38,494 nt of DNA, taken from positions 1 to 38,494 of IMG/VR virus record IMGVR_UViG_3300032608_000443; one strand, given 5' to 3'. The stretch comes from a virus (taxonomy: Duplodnaviria > Caudoviricetes). How positions within the stretch are numbered: position 1 is the stretch's first letter; the number at the start of each line of letters is the position of its first letter. The position numbers and the translations under genes are program-made. Positions 1 through 8,146 of this stretch are shown here, piece after piece. The notes beneath the pieces were generated by a model. That model was not told where the DNA came from, did no database searches, and was given only the letters and a program-made list of their open reading frames with translations.

Positions 1-52
1 ATTACACACTACTCTTGGCTTAGCTGTTCAGTACACTAGCACCTCATTAATA

Positions 53-107
53 TAGTATTTTCGTGCTTGCTTGCTTCGCAAGCATCTATGTTAGCACGAA
101 AATACTA
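53..107 (+). promoter_or_regulatory. Long hairpin directly before the first RBS (RNase III-like processing site or leader structure)
   Basis: TAGTATTTTCGTGCT (53-67) pairs perfectly with AGCACGAAAATACTA (93-107); inner hairpin TGCTTGC-TTC-GCAAGCA; AAGGAGG follows immediately. Confidence 0.6.
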
Positions 108-120
108 AAGGAGGTGCGGT

Positions 121-285
121 ATGATAGTAGTAAAGAAGAACTGTGGTTCATGCTGGTACGCAGAAGGAGGAGTATGTAACAATCATGATGACTGTCATGG
201 AGAGATCCATACTGAGTATGTATGCCAGTCATACTTAGGAGTTGATGAAGTAGACACTCCTCCTTACTGTGATACTGGCAAGTGA
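121..285 (+). CDS. Small Cys-rich hypothetical protein, 54 aa (not in ORF track)
   Basis: AAGGAGG RBS then ATG; MIVVKKNCGSCWYAEGGVCNNHDDCHGEI...GK*. Confidence 0.7.
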   Translation: MIVVKKNCGSCWYAEGGVCNNHDDCHGEIHTEYVCQSYLGVDEVDTPPYCDTGK

Positions 286-295
286 TAGTACGCGA

Positions 296-340
296 CTTTT
301 GCCTCGCGTGGCAGGCCACGCGCCCTTCGGGAGGCAAAAG
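296..340 (+). promoter_or_regulatory. Branched intergenic hairpin
   Basis: CTTTTGCCTC/GAGGCAAAAG stem encloses GCGTGG/CCACGC and a small CC-TTC-GG hairpin. Confidence 0.55.
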
Positions 341-374
341 CCTCTTAACTAAAACTAACAACGAAAGGAGGTGT

Positions 375-623
375 ATGCAAATGTATAATAACAGATTTAG
401 TATGGTATTCAGTGAGACCCAGACTAAGAAGGACGACACTGTTCTTCGCGGTTACGATAAGTTAGCTGACCTTCGTGACTGGTGTGATAGTGAGATAGCT
501 AAGAGTAATGATACCTATGCTATTGATATCCGCGAAGAACAGCCGTTCAAGAACGGTAAGTCTGGTAGACTTAGCAACTTCTGGACATTCAAGAGTAAGA
601 AGAGAGAGCCAGCTGTTGCATAA
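375..623 (+). CDS. Hypothetical early protein (true start probably 375 or 381, not 282)
   Basis: GAAAGGAGGT RBS before ATG 375; the upstream extension crosses the hairpin. Confidence 0.7.
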   Translation: MQMYNNRFSMVFSETQTKKDDTVLRGYDKLADLRDWCDSEIAKSNDTYAIDIREEQPFKNGKSGRLSNFWTFKSKKREPAVA

Positions 624-631
624 TGGTCAAG

Positions 632-680
632 AGTAGGTGGGTAGTAGGCTAAGTCTACTACTCACTTACTTATTTTTTTT
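632..680 (+). terminator. Intrinsic terminator
   Basis: 18-bp stem AGTAGGTGGGTAGTAGGC/GTCTACTACTCACTTACT (with G-U pairs), followed by a T run. Confidence 0.8.
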
Positions 681-715
681 ATTAATAGCGTACCATTAAC
701 CATAGGAGACCTGGC

Positions 716-1036
716 ATGGATAACAGAGCTAGAAGAAGGCAGGGAACAGGAGCAGAGGGTAGAAGGGCTAACCAAGACACTGGATTCAATGATAAGTATG
801 CTCAGAATGATGAGACTGGTGCATTTACACTCAAGGCAGACGGTTGCTGTAGTAGATTCAAGATGTCAAGGTTAGATGAGCTAAGGACACCAGTTGAGAA
901 CAGCCGTAGTAATCATATCTCAAGGGTAGCCAGAGATAAGTCAATGTTCCCAATGAATGGTGCTGATGATATGCCTATATCAGCATTCTTGAACCAGATA
1001 AGAAGCTATCATGTCTACCCAACGGAGATAATGTAA
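716..1036 (+). CDS. Hypothetical protein
   Basis: AGGAG RBS; TAATG coupling to the next gene. Confidence 0.6.
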   Translation: MDNRARRRQGTGAEGRRANQDTGFNDKYAQNDETGAFTLKADGCCSRFKMSRLDELRTPVENSRSNHISRVARDKSMFPMNGADDMPISAFLNQIRSYHVYPTEIM

Positions 1037-1287
1037 TGAGTAAGAAGAGATTATACTTTGTTAATGTACCACCAGATGTAACCCATGAAGACCTGATAAA
1101 GGAATTCAGAGTCAAGTTACAAAAGGTAGTTGATAGTTACAAAGCTAATCATCCTAAACTTACTTCAAGAGAATGTGCAGAGGCAGTTGAACCAATATTA
1201 ACCAGAGTGGGGTATGAATACCGTTATCGCCACCTGATCCTGCAAAACTGTATTATACTCAACCCAACACTAATAAGAGAGGTGTAA
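1036..1287 (+). CDS. Hypothetical protein
   Basis: Translationally coupled ORF with GGAG RBS. Confidence 0.65.
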   Translation: MSKKRLYFVNVPPDVTHEDLIKEFRVKLQKVVDSYKANHPKLTSRECAEAVEPILTRVGYEYRYRHLILQNCIILNPTLIREV

Positions 1288-1289
1288 CC

Positions 1290-1481
1290 ATGGCATTATC
1301 ATATTGTCCTAATTGTAATGATAGATCAGTAACAATGAAGAAGAATGTAATGTATTGTATTAATAAGGGTTGTGGTTATTCTAGAGCAATTAAGAACTAT
1401 GATGACCACTTTGATGAGCCAGTAGCCAAAGAGCTCACTGTTAACCAGCGTGAATTAGAGCGTACATGGAAAGGTATGTGA
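1290..1481 (+). CDS. Zn-ribbon small protein
   Basis: CPNC...CINKGC motif; GAGGTG RBS. Confidence 0.7.
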   Translation: MALSYCPNCNDRSVTMKKNVMYCINKGCGYSRAIKNYDDHFDEPVAKELTVNQRELERTWKGM

Positions 1482-1487
1482 ACACAG

Positions 1488-1657
1488 GGCTCCGGCAGAC
1501 TGAGGATGATGCTATTACAGTATCAAGCCGGAGCCAACTAATCTTTCGTATAAGGTGGCGTGATAGCTCTGACAAGACCAAAGGGACTGTTCTCTTGGCA
1601 AAGAGATAAATGCCCAGATACATTGTTGCAGAAAGTCAACTGCCCTTATACTCAGTT
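1488..1657 (+). ncRNA. Candidate structured intergenic RNA with possible pseudoknot
   Basis: GGCTCCGGC/GCCGGAGCC (1488-1535); GTATAAGG/CCTTATAC (1548-1651); loop GACTGAG complementary to CTCAGTT (1651-1657). Confidence 0.5.
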
Positions 1658-1675
1658 AACCTGAAAGGAGGATGT

Positions 1676-1886
1676 ATGTGAGACAGTAAAAGTATTTAAT
1701 GTAAATGTAGTTGATAAGAAGGCCAAGAAGGTAGTAATATTGAATGAGGTTGTATTTGGTAGATACCAGAAAGATGCCATTGTTCAGGTTAGCGTGAAGC
1801 TGGTAAGTAAGCTGAAAGATGTTAATACTGATAACCTGCTCTTCGTTGTAAATGAAATAAGCTCATTTGAAGAGTCCTGTAAGTAA
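1676..1886 (+). pseudogene. ~69-aa ORF whose start is disrupted by one extra base (ATG-T-GAG...)
   Basis: Strong GAAAGGAGG RBS, ATG TGA, then open frame ETVKVFNVNVVDKKAKK...SCK* from 1680. Confidence 0.5.
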
Positions 1887-1888
1887 TC

Positions 1889-1952
1889 AACCCTCTGATG
1901 ATACCATAAGGTTGAAATCCCCCTTCATATCAAGTGAGGGGGGGTCAGGGTT
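1889..1952 (+). ncRNA. Type I hammerhead ribozyme
   Basis: Stem I AACCCT/AGGGTT; core CTGATGA (1895-1901); stem II (T)ACC-ATAA-GGT(T); GAAA (1914-1917); 11-bp stem III; cleavage triplet GTC ending at 1946. Confidence 0.85.
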
Positions 1953-1970
1953 TAACTAGAGGAGGTAGTA

Positions 1971-2510
1971 ATGGAATTTATAAAATTTAATAAAATACCA
2001 AGACTGACAAGAGAGTGTGTTATTACAGAAAAGATAGACGGCACTAATGGTGTAATCCATATCGGAGAAGAAGGTGAATTTCTAGTTGGTAGTCGCTCTC
2101 GTTGGATTACTCCCAAAACTGATAATCACGGGTTCTGTAAGTGGGCATTGGAGAATAAAGAAGAATTGTTAAGACTCGGAGTAGGAACCCACTATGGGGA
2201 GTGGTGGGGTAGCGGAATACAGCGAGGCTATGGCCTACTTAACGGTGAAAAAAGGTTCAGCTTATTTAATACTCATAGGTGGTCTGATGATTTGGTGCGT
2301 CCTAAATGTTGTCATGTAGTTCCAGTTTTATATACTGGAATTTTTGATACTTTTATGATTGATAAAGTATTACATGCTTTAGCAAATAAAGGGTCACAAG
2401 CAAGTCCTGACTTTATGAAACCGGAAGGTATAGTTATATTCCACAGAGCAGGCAATTTATTATTTAAAAAGACAATAAAAGATGATGAAACACCAAAGGA
2501 GGTCCAATGA
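1971..2510 (+). CDS. RNA ligase (Rnl2-like nucleotidyltransferase domain)
   Basis: Motif I TEKIDGTN; GEWWG; FSLFN; EGIVI; FKK. Confidence 0.85.
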   Translation: MEFIKFNKIPRLTRECVITEKIDGTNGVIHIGEEGEFLVGSRSRWITPKTDNHGFCKWALENKEELLRLGVGTHYGEWWGSGIQRGYGLLNGEKRFSLFNTHRWSDDLVRPKCCHVVPVLYTGIFDTFMIDKVLHALANKGSQASPDFMKPEGIVIFHRAGNLLFKKTIKDDETPKEVQ

Positions 2511-2770
2511 GAATAGCAATAATAGCAGTAATATGGGTAGTATGTGGCATATTAAACTATGGCATAATGTTTGCTTACTTTGAGCGTAGATTTCCAACAG
2601 TAGCTAATAAATGCTACAAAGGGACTAAGTCTGCTTGCTGGGCTACTTCATTAGGAGGACCTGTAGGCTTAGCAGGAGGGTTACTCTTCTTATTAAGCAA
2701 TAAGATACAAGGAGAGCAGACATTCTATGGTTTCCAGTGGAAACATAAGGAGAATCAGTTCCAGGCATAG
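2507..2770 (+). CDS. Small membrane protein
   Basis: Two hydrophobic segments; ATGA overlap. Confidence 0.65.
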   Translation: MRIAIIAVIWVVCGILNYGIMFAYFERRFPTVANKCYKGTKSACWATSLGGPVGLAGGLLFLLSNKIQGEQTFYGFQWKHKENQFQA

Positions 2771-2855
2771 TTAGGTACACCTTTTTATTATTAAGTGCTA
2801 GAACCCGGTCTAAATCGATCTAAAACGCCAAAAAAGGGCATCTGAGGAGATAACC

Positions 2856-3113
2856 ATGGACCCATTAGAAGCAATGGATAAATGTAACAAGGAGCATGAG
2901 GCAATGAAAGCAGGTAAAGAACCCAAACCTGAGATGTTAGTAGTTAATGTGGTAGGTGAAGAAGCTATCTTTCTTAGGTTCCTACTTGCAGTTACTGAAG
3001 ATAATACTGAAGCCCTAATGAACCTAATCATGAAGGCAGGCATTGGTATGGGTATAGCATCCTTCATGAAGTCAATTGGTAAAGGAGATAATATCCCAGA
3101 TTTCTTTAAATGA
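2856..3113 (+). CDS. Hypothetical protein
   Basis: GAGGAG RBS. Confidence 0.65.
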   Translation: MDPLEAMDKCNKEHEAMKAGKEPKPEMLVVNVVGEEAIFLRFLLAVTEDNTEALMNLIMKAGIGMGIASFMKSIGKGDNIPDFFK

Positions 3114-3123
3114 GGAGGTAGGT

Positions 3124-3432
3124 ATGAAAGACAGGATGAGAGGTAGAGGTTTTGAAAGTGAAAGGATCACACTTAGCAAGAAGAGTAATGAGAAGCTCAA
3201 TGAGACCAGAGCTAAGACCTTGGATGATATTAAACAGTTAGTAGATAGTGATCCAGCAGCAATGATAATATTAGCTATCCCAGACAATGGTAAGCAAGCT
3301 GTTTCAATGGCTAGATATGGTGGTGAGCATTTGATACCTTTAACCATGATGCTATTTGAGACCTTGAAGGCCATGGGTAAAGCTAGCGCACAAGCAGAGA
3401 AGATTAGGGAGGATGATGATGATACCAATTGA
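3124..3432 (+). CDS. Hypothetical protein (start MKDRM)
   Basis: GAGGAGGT RBS before ATG 3124. Confidence 0.65.
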   Translation: MKDRMRGRGFESERITLSKKSNEKLNETRAKTLDDIKQLVDSDPAAMIILAIPDNGKQAVSMARYGGEHLIPLTMMLFETLKAMGKASAQAEKIREDDDDTN

Positions 3433-3601
3433 AGTTAAGCTCAAGATAGAAGAAATGGCAATGATTACCACTGACCCAGGTATGCGGAGTGGGTTGAAGC
3501 AAGCACTAAGTATAATAGAGTTATGGGAGAACAAAGAGCTTGAGAACATAGCTAAAGAGAATGGTGAAGTAGATATGAAGACTCATGGAGGTAGAGAATG
3601 A
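3413..3601 (+). CDS. Hypothetical protein
   Basis: ORF in tightly packed operon. Confidence 0.55.
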   Translation: MMMIPIEVKLKIEEMAMITTDPGMRSGLKQALSIIELWENKELENIAKENGEVDMKTHGGRE

Positions 3602-3747
3602 AGAGACTCAAGAAAAATACTACATTCACCCTAAGAATTAGCCGCAGTCAGAAACGAACACTAAAAGCAGATGCTAAAAGACAAGGCTTCTCCAGTGTAG
3701 CTGAGTTCCTCCTATTTTTTTATGAGGATTGGAAAGGAGAAAACTAA
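3598..3747 (+). CDS. Ribbon-helix-helix DNA-binding protein, 49 aa (not in ORF track)
   Basis: MKRLKKNTTFTLRISRSQKRTLKADAKRQGFSSVAEFLL: alternating beta strand, helix, G-x-S-helix; ATGA overlap. Confidence 0.7.
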   Translation: MKRLKKNTTFTLRISRSQKRTLKADAKRQGFSSVAEFLLFFYEDWKGEN

Positions 3748-3968
3748 TGCCTGAACTATGTCCGCATTGCGGTAGTGATGAGATACTATCCGATTACTTT
3801 GAAGATGAATGGTTGTACTGGTGTGGTCATTGTGGCCGCGAGATAATGGCTGAAACGGAGGAGAGTGATTATGAGTTCGACCCGTACGAATATGAAATTA
3901 CCATACCCAAAGCTAAGGGGAAACCTGAAGAGGATAGTTTACCCGGCCTGGGTAGAGATAAAGTATGA
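3747..3968 (+). CDS. Zn-ribbon acidic small protein
   Basis: CPHCG...CGHCG; TAATG coupling. Confidence 0.6.
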   Translation: MPELCPHCGSDEILSDYFEDEWLYWCGHCGREIMAETEESDYEFDPYEYEITIPKAKGKPEEDSLPGLGRDKV

Positions 3969-4659
3969 TGGCATACTAGGCTGGTGTGAATTTACAAGAG
4001 CTGGTGATAATAGTAATGCTACAGTATGGAATAAGTCTGGTAAGATATACCAAGATACAGACCATAGGCAAGCTAAGATAAAAGAATGTTGTTGTCAGCT
4101 TTTAGTCATAGGTGAAATTGTCAAGGGTAATGGAAAAAAAGGTGACTTGAAGAATGTTAAACCTAATGACTCAGGATTTCTTCCCTTTGATGTCTTAGAA
4201 TACAATTGGGTAAGCCAGAGAGAAAAGCCATTAATTGAGAGATTAGAGTTATTAAATTCAGTAGTAGAAGGTCCTACTCCATTTAGAGTAATACAATCAG
4301 AATCAGAAGTCATGGAATACTATAATAAATGGACCCAAAAAGGTTATGAAGGCATAGTAGTCAAGAACCTGAATGAGAGATATATGACTGGGCCATGCAA
4401 CTGGGTTAAGATCAAGGCCAAGGATCAGAATGATTACTTTGTATTCAGTATTGACCCAACGCTTGATAGAATTGAAGTAGCAGTACCAGCACCAACAGGT
4501 ATAAGTGGTAAATATGTAGGAGTCAAGGTAACACCAGCAGTTAAAGCAACACTTAAGAAATGTGATACTGTAATTATTGAACACCAAGGTGTAACAGCTA
4601 GTGGCTCTTTACGCCACCCAGTGTTCATAAAGAAAGTGGAGGATGGAGATGGCAACTAG
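3892..4659 (+). CDS. lig: Minimal ATP-dependent DNA ligase
   Basis: EIKYDG (motif I), GEIV, FDVL, EGIVVK, WVKIK, C-terminal OB-fold LRHPVF. Confidence 0.9.
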   Translation: MKLPYPKLRGNLKRIVYPAWVEIKYDGILGWCEFTRAGDNSNATVWNKSGKIYQDTDHRQAKIKECCCQLLVIGEIVKGNGKKGDLKNVKPNDSGFLPFDVLEYNWVSQREKPLIERLELLNSVVEGPTPFRVIQSESEVMEYYNKWTQKGYEGIVVKNLNERYMTGPCNWVKIKAKDQNDYFVFSIDPTLDRIEVAVPAPTGISGKYVGVKVTPAVKATLKKCDTVIIEHQGVTASGSLRHPVFIKKVEDGDGN

Positions 4660-5773
4660 TGTAGTAAGTAATGAACAACTGAAGGCACTGAGGGATGAGT
4701 TAGCCAAGCAGGGTAAGATTAAAGCTTGGCAGATTAAGGATATGATTGCAGTAAAATATGGTGTAACTCTTGATGAGAGTATTATTAGGGGTAGATTCAT
4801 AGAGATGGGTGAGCCATTAAGTGGCGGTGGTGGTCCTAAGCCAGCTAAAGCAGCAACTAAGGTATCAACTACTCAAAGAGCTGACTTCAAGCAGACCGTA
4901 GCTCATAAAGAACATGATATACCAGATGATATGAGAAAGTACATTCCTGATGCTAATGAGTTTGCTGGTTACATTGAGAGAGATGTAGATACCAGATTAG
5001 CAGTGCATTATAACCTGGGTAAATATCCTATCACTCAAGGTAAGCAGGGTACAGGTAAGACCTTTGGTCATATGTACTATGCTCATAAGGCCCAATTACC
5101 ATTCTTATTATTTAGTGGATATGAGGACTTCAAGCTGACCAAGCTGTTTGGTGATAAGACAATCATCAAGGGCAGCATAGTATTCCAGGAGAGTATTTTT
5201 GTTAAAGCTATCCAATGTCCAAGCGTAATCTTATTTGATGAGATCAATGCAGTAAGTAATGCCAATACCTTTGACTTCCATGCCTTGCTACAGAACAGAG
5301 AGTTATTCATCAAGGATGCTGATGATGGTAGGGGTAGAGTGTATAATTTGCATCCTGAGTGCAGGATAGGATTTGCTCAGAATCCCAAGTCAGCTAAGTA
5401 TATTGGTGGTTGTATTAAGCCAAGTAACTTCTTAGGCAGATGTACATATATCACTTATCCTGAGTTCACTAAAAATCAGATAGAAAAAGCAATTAAGCTG
5501 AGGTATCCCAAGATGGATGAAGTTGAAATCCTGAAGTTCTCTACTTATTACTTTGCAGTACTGCAGACAATAGAAAGAGCTAGTTTACCAGTAGATGTCA
5601 GTATTAGGCAGCTTAATAATCTAATTGATATGTGGATGGCCGGCATGCCACTCAAGAATGCAATTGAAGATGCGGTCAGTAGTATATTAGATGCAGTGTC
5701 ACAACCCAAGGCTAAAGATAGCTTTAATAAACTTGCGGAGGCAATATGGCAGGAACTAATGAAAAAGAAATAA
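4643..5773 (+). CDS. MoxR/CobS-like AAA+ ATPase
   Basis: Walker A GKQGTGKT, Walker B ILFDE, sensor AQNP, arginine finger FLGR, sensor II SIRQL. Confidence 0.85.
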   Translation: MEMATSVVSNEQLKALRDELAKQGKIKAWQIKDMIAVKYGVTLDESIIRGRFIEMGEPLSGGGGPKPAKAATKVSTTQRADFKQTVAHKEHDIPDDMRKYIPDANEFAGYIERDVDTRLAVHYNLGKYPITQGKQGTGKTFGHMYYAHKAQLPFLLFSGYEDFKLTKLFGDKTIIKGSIVFQESIFVKAIQCPSVILFDEINAVSNANTFDFHALLQNRELFIKDADDGRGRVYNLHPECRIGFAQNPKSAKYIGGCIKPSNFLGRCTYITYPEFTKNQIEKAIKLRYPKMDEVEILKFSTYYFAVLQTIERASLPVDVSIRQLNNLIDMWMAGMPLKNAIEDAVSSILDAVSQPKAKDSFNKLAEAIWQELMKKK

Positions 5774-6048
5774 TAAAAGTAGGGGACATAATTGTCAGAA
5801 GAGAAGGTATAAGGCCCACTTGGATAAAAGACTTTAAGCCAACGATAGTCACAAAGATAACTTCAGCCAAGAAGTGCCGTAGTTATGGTGGTGATGGAGC
5901 ATGTTTGATATGTCCTGGAAGAATAAATGATGAGTGCTATGGATATGATGATGCTTACGCCTGTTGCATAGTAGTAAGACCTATATTATCTAGTCCTAGC
6001 AATATTCAAAGGGTTATTGAAATAGAAGTAGCTAAATTACTAGCGTAA
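5746..6048 (+). CDS. Cys-rich KOW/SH3-like small protein with shared C-terminal helix
   Basis: IKVGDIIV near N-terminus; six Cys; ends IQRVIEIEVAKLLA. Confidence 0.6.
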   Translation: MAGTNEKEIIKVGDIIVRREGIRPTWIKDFKPTIVTKITSAKKCRSYGGDGACLICPGRINDECYGYDDAYACCIVVRPILSSPSNIQRVIEIEVAKLLA

Positions 6049-6201
6049 GCACCAGAGCTACCGGTGTCCGAGCTCAACTGAGTGTTACCAAGCGGAGCGG
6101 TAACACGAAGGAGTGTTCGTGATACGAACAATGCTGCGATGAGCATGCGGAGCGCGAAGAGCAGCCGAGAAAGAGCTGGGTAACCGGTAGTCTCTGATGC
6201 T
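6048..6201 (+). ncRNA. Structured RNA element E1
   Basis: Closing stem CAGAG-CTACCGGT/ACCGGTAG-T-CTCTG; hairpins GTGTTACC/GGTAACAC, TGTTCGT/ACGAACA, GCTGC-GATGA...GAAGA-GCAGC. Confidence 0.75.
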
Positions 6202-6213
6202 GAAGCGAAGGAG

Positions 6214-6507
6214 ATGATGAATAAGTTTAAAGTAGGGGAAAAAGTTAAAATACTGCCTTTACCTCATCCTGATGATCCAGATGGGCGAGCGCCTGGAACT
6301 AATGAAGAAATGCTTAGATTAGTAGGTCAATACGGTAGAGTAATAAATGATCAGGGTGCCTCTAAAGATTGGTATACTGTCAGTGTAAAAGGTAGAGGTA
6401 CTTGGAATTACAGAGAAGAATGGCTGGAAAAACGAAATCCAGAAGAAGTTACTGACCTTGAGAGTGTTATTGCTCAAGTAGTAGCTAAGATAAGGGGAGG
6501 TAAGTAG
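6214..6507 (+). CDS. KOW/SH3-like (YorP-like) small protein with shared C-terminal helix
   Basis: FKVGEKVKI...GQYGRV...YTV...WNYREEWLE; ends LESVIAQVVAKIRGGK. Confidence 0.7.
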   Translation: MMNKFKVGEKVKILPLPHPDDPDGRAPGTNEEMLRLVGQYGRVINDQGASKDWYTVSVKGRGTWNYREEWLEKRNPEEVTDLESVIAQVVAKIRGGK

Positions 6508-8012
6508 TGGCAAACAGAAGGACCTATGAGATCCTTGCTAAATGGATAGCTAAGAAGCAAGGCATAACAATAGAATTTAAGCCTGATATTACACCTCAGG
6601 TAAATACTGATACTAATCATATAATACTGCCCAGTAACATTGATGAGCAGAACATATATGCAGCTTTGGCTCAGCTAATGCACGAGGCAGCTCATTTGAG
6701 ATACACTAAGGGCATTCCTATCAAAGAGATAGTTAGTGATCAACTCTCATTTGAGCTGCTAAATGCAATTGAGGACATCAGAATTGATCAGAAGAACTTC
6801 AGGATACTACCTAATATCCATGCTTTCTATGAGCGGTTAATAGATCATGTAATGGAATGGCGTAAGGAGAATAATGTCCAGCCTAAAGACATACCACTGC
6901 ATAGAAGAGTGTTGGGTGATATCAAGTGTGATATGGAAGACTTCCGTGATGGTAAGTGGAATGATCCAGAGACCAAGAAGTTAATCGATGACCATGATAT
7001 TTATGACATAATATATGAGACCATAAATGATCTTGAGCACGGTAGATGGCCTAAGGTAAAAGCAACTATTCAAAAGCTTATGAAAATCTTTAAGCTAGAT
7101 AAGTTACCTAAGCAGCCAATAGGCCAGCCAGGAGATTGTGGTACATGTGGTGGTAGTGGAGAAGTAGCACAGCCTGGTGAGGAGGAGGGGGGAAAAATTA
7201 AGTGCCCTGACTGCGGAGGTACTGGTAAAGAAGGCTTTGGTAATGAACCTGGTAAAGAGAAAGTATTTGGTACTAAGCCTGGTACTGGTACATGTCCTGG
7301 TTCATCTGCTATAGGTGAAGTAGCCATGGAAGAGCTGACTAAGCAGAAATTTAGAGAGCTGCTTAATGTCAAAGAGAAGAGAACAGTATATGATGGCCAT
7401 GAGATTGATAGTGATAATCTTACAGCATTCCTGACTGGAGATATTGATGAGTTATTTACTGAAGAAAGAGTAGTCAGGAATAAGAAGAGTAAGATAGCTA
7501 TACTAATAGATGCTTCAGGATCTATGGATTGTGAGTTAATGGATGGTGAGCCAAGGAGAGAAGTAGTAGGTGGTTGTATTAAGAACTTGGTTGAGATACT
7601 GGATGAGGTCATGGTGTTAGAAGGCATTAATGTAGACTACCAGGTAGGTGGGTTTACTGAAGACTATCATCCTTTCCAGAAGGAGACATGGGAAAAGGAA
7701 TATACTACCATATCAGGTGGTACCAATCTATTAGAAGCATTCAATCAGGTTCATGGTGAATTAGTAGCAGACCAGGAGATAGATGGTAACAGGTTAATGA
7801 TCATGTTTACTGATGGTGAGGTAGATAACAGTGAAGTAGTAGATATGAAGAAGGCTATCATGAGGCATGGTGAAGATGTCAGGTGTATGATCATAGGTGT
7901 TGGTGCTGATCTGAATAGTCACATAGTTAAAGAAGTAGTTGGTGATCACAATATATTAGTAAAAGAAGCAGCAGATCTAATATTAATCGAGACTATAATG
8001 CAGATGCTGTAG
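6507..8012 (+). CDS. CobT-like MoxR partner: HExxH domain, DnaJ-type Zn finger and C-terminal vWA
   Basis: HEAAH...NAIEDIRI; CGTCGGSG and CPDCGGTG; MIDAS DASGS, GGT, TDG. Confidence 0.85.
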   Translation: MANRRTYEILAKWIAKKQGITIEFKPDITPQVNTDTNHIILPSNIDEQNIYAALAQLMHEAAHLRYTKGIPIKEIVSDQLSFELLNAIEDIRIDQKNFRILPNIHAFYERLIDHVMEWRKENNVQPKDIPLHRRVLGDIKCDMEDFRDGKWNDPETKKLIDDHDIYDIIYETINDLEHGRWPKVKATIQKLMKIFKLDKLPKQPIGQPGDCGTCGGSGEVAQPGEEEGGKIKCPDCGGTGKEGFGNEPGKEKVFGTKPGTGTCPGSSAIGEVAMEELTKQKFRELLNVKEKRTVYDGHEIDSDNLTAFLTGDIDELFTEERVVRNKKSKIAILIDASGSMDCELMDGEPRREVVGGCIKNLVEILDEVMVLEGINVDYQVGGFTEDYHPFQKETWEKEYTTISGGTNLLEAFNQVHGELVADQEIDGNRLMIMFTDGEVDNSEVVDMKKAIMRHGEDVRCMIIGVGADLNSHIVKEVVGDHNILVKEAADLILIETIMQML

Positions 8013-8146
8013 CTCAGCTGAGACATGGAGCATCTTCTGAAGTGCTGCGGGCGGATGCAAGCAGCACAAGCGATTGGCCTGATGAGTGTGAGAACACGAA
8101 GAAGGACAATAAAAGATGCGCAATGTCTGGGCTGAGCTTACAGCAT
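8004..8146 (+). ncRNA. Structured RNA element E2 (same architecture as E1)
   Basis: ATGCTGTA-GCTCAGCT-G-AGACAT / ATGTCT-G-GGCTGAGC-T-TACAGCAT; GCATCTT/AAGATGC; GTGCTGC/GCAGCAC; GATGA-GTGT-GAGA-ACAC-GAAGA. Confidence 0.75.

Noticed and set aside
1460-1547. HDV-like or pistol ribozyme around the GGCTCCGGC hairpin
   Set aside because: The required P3/L3 CC-GG pairing or pistol GCGU/GU elements could not be placed.
7070-7627. Antisense ORFs in the track (e.g. 7070-7627, 10188-10646, 12729-13136, 32820-33146)
   Set aside because: Shadows of well-supported genes on the opposite strand; no RBS or motifs.
8078-8110. Second hammerhead (CTGATGA-GTGT-GAGA-ACAC-GAAG)
   Set aside because: GAAG instead of GAAA and no convincing stem I/III or NUH site; better explained as the GAUGA/GAAGA internal loop shared with E1.
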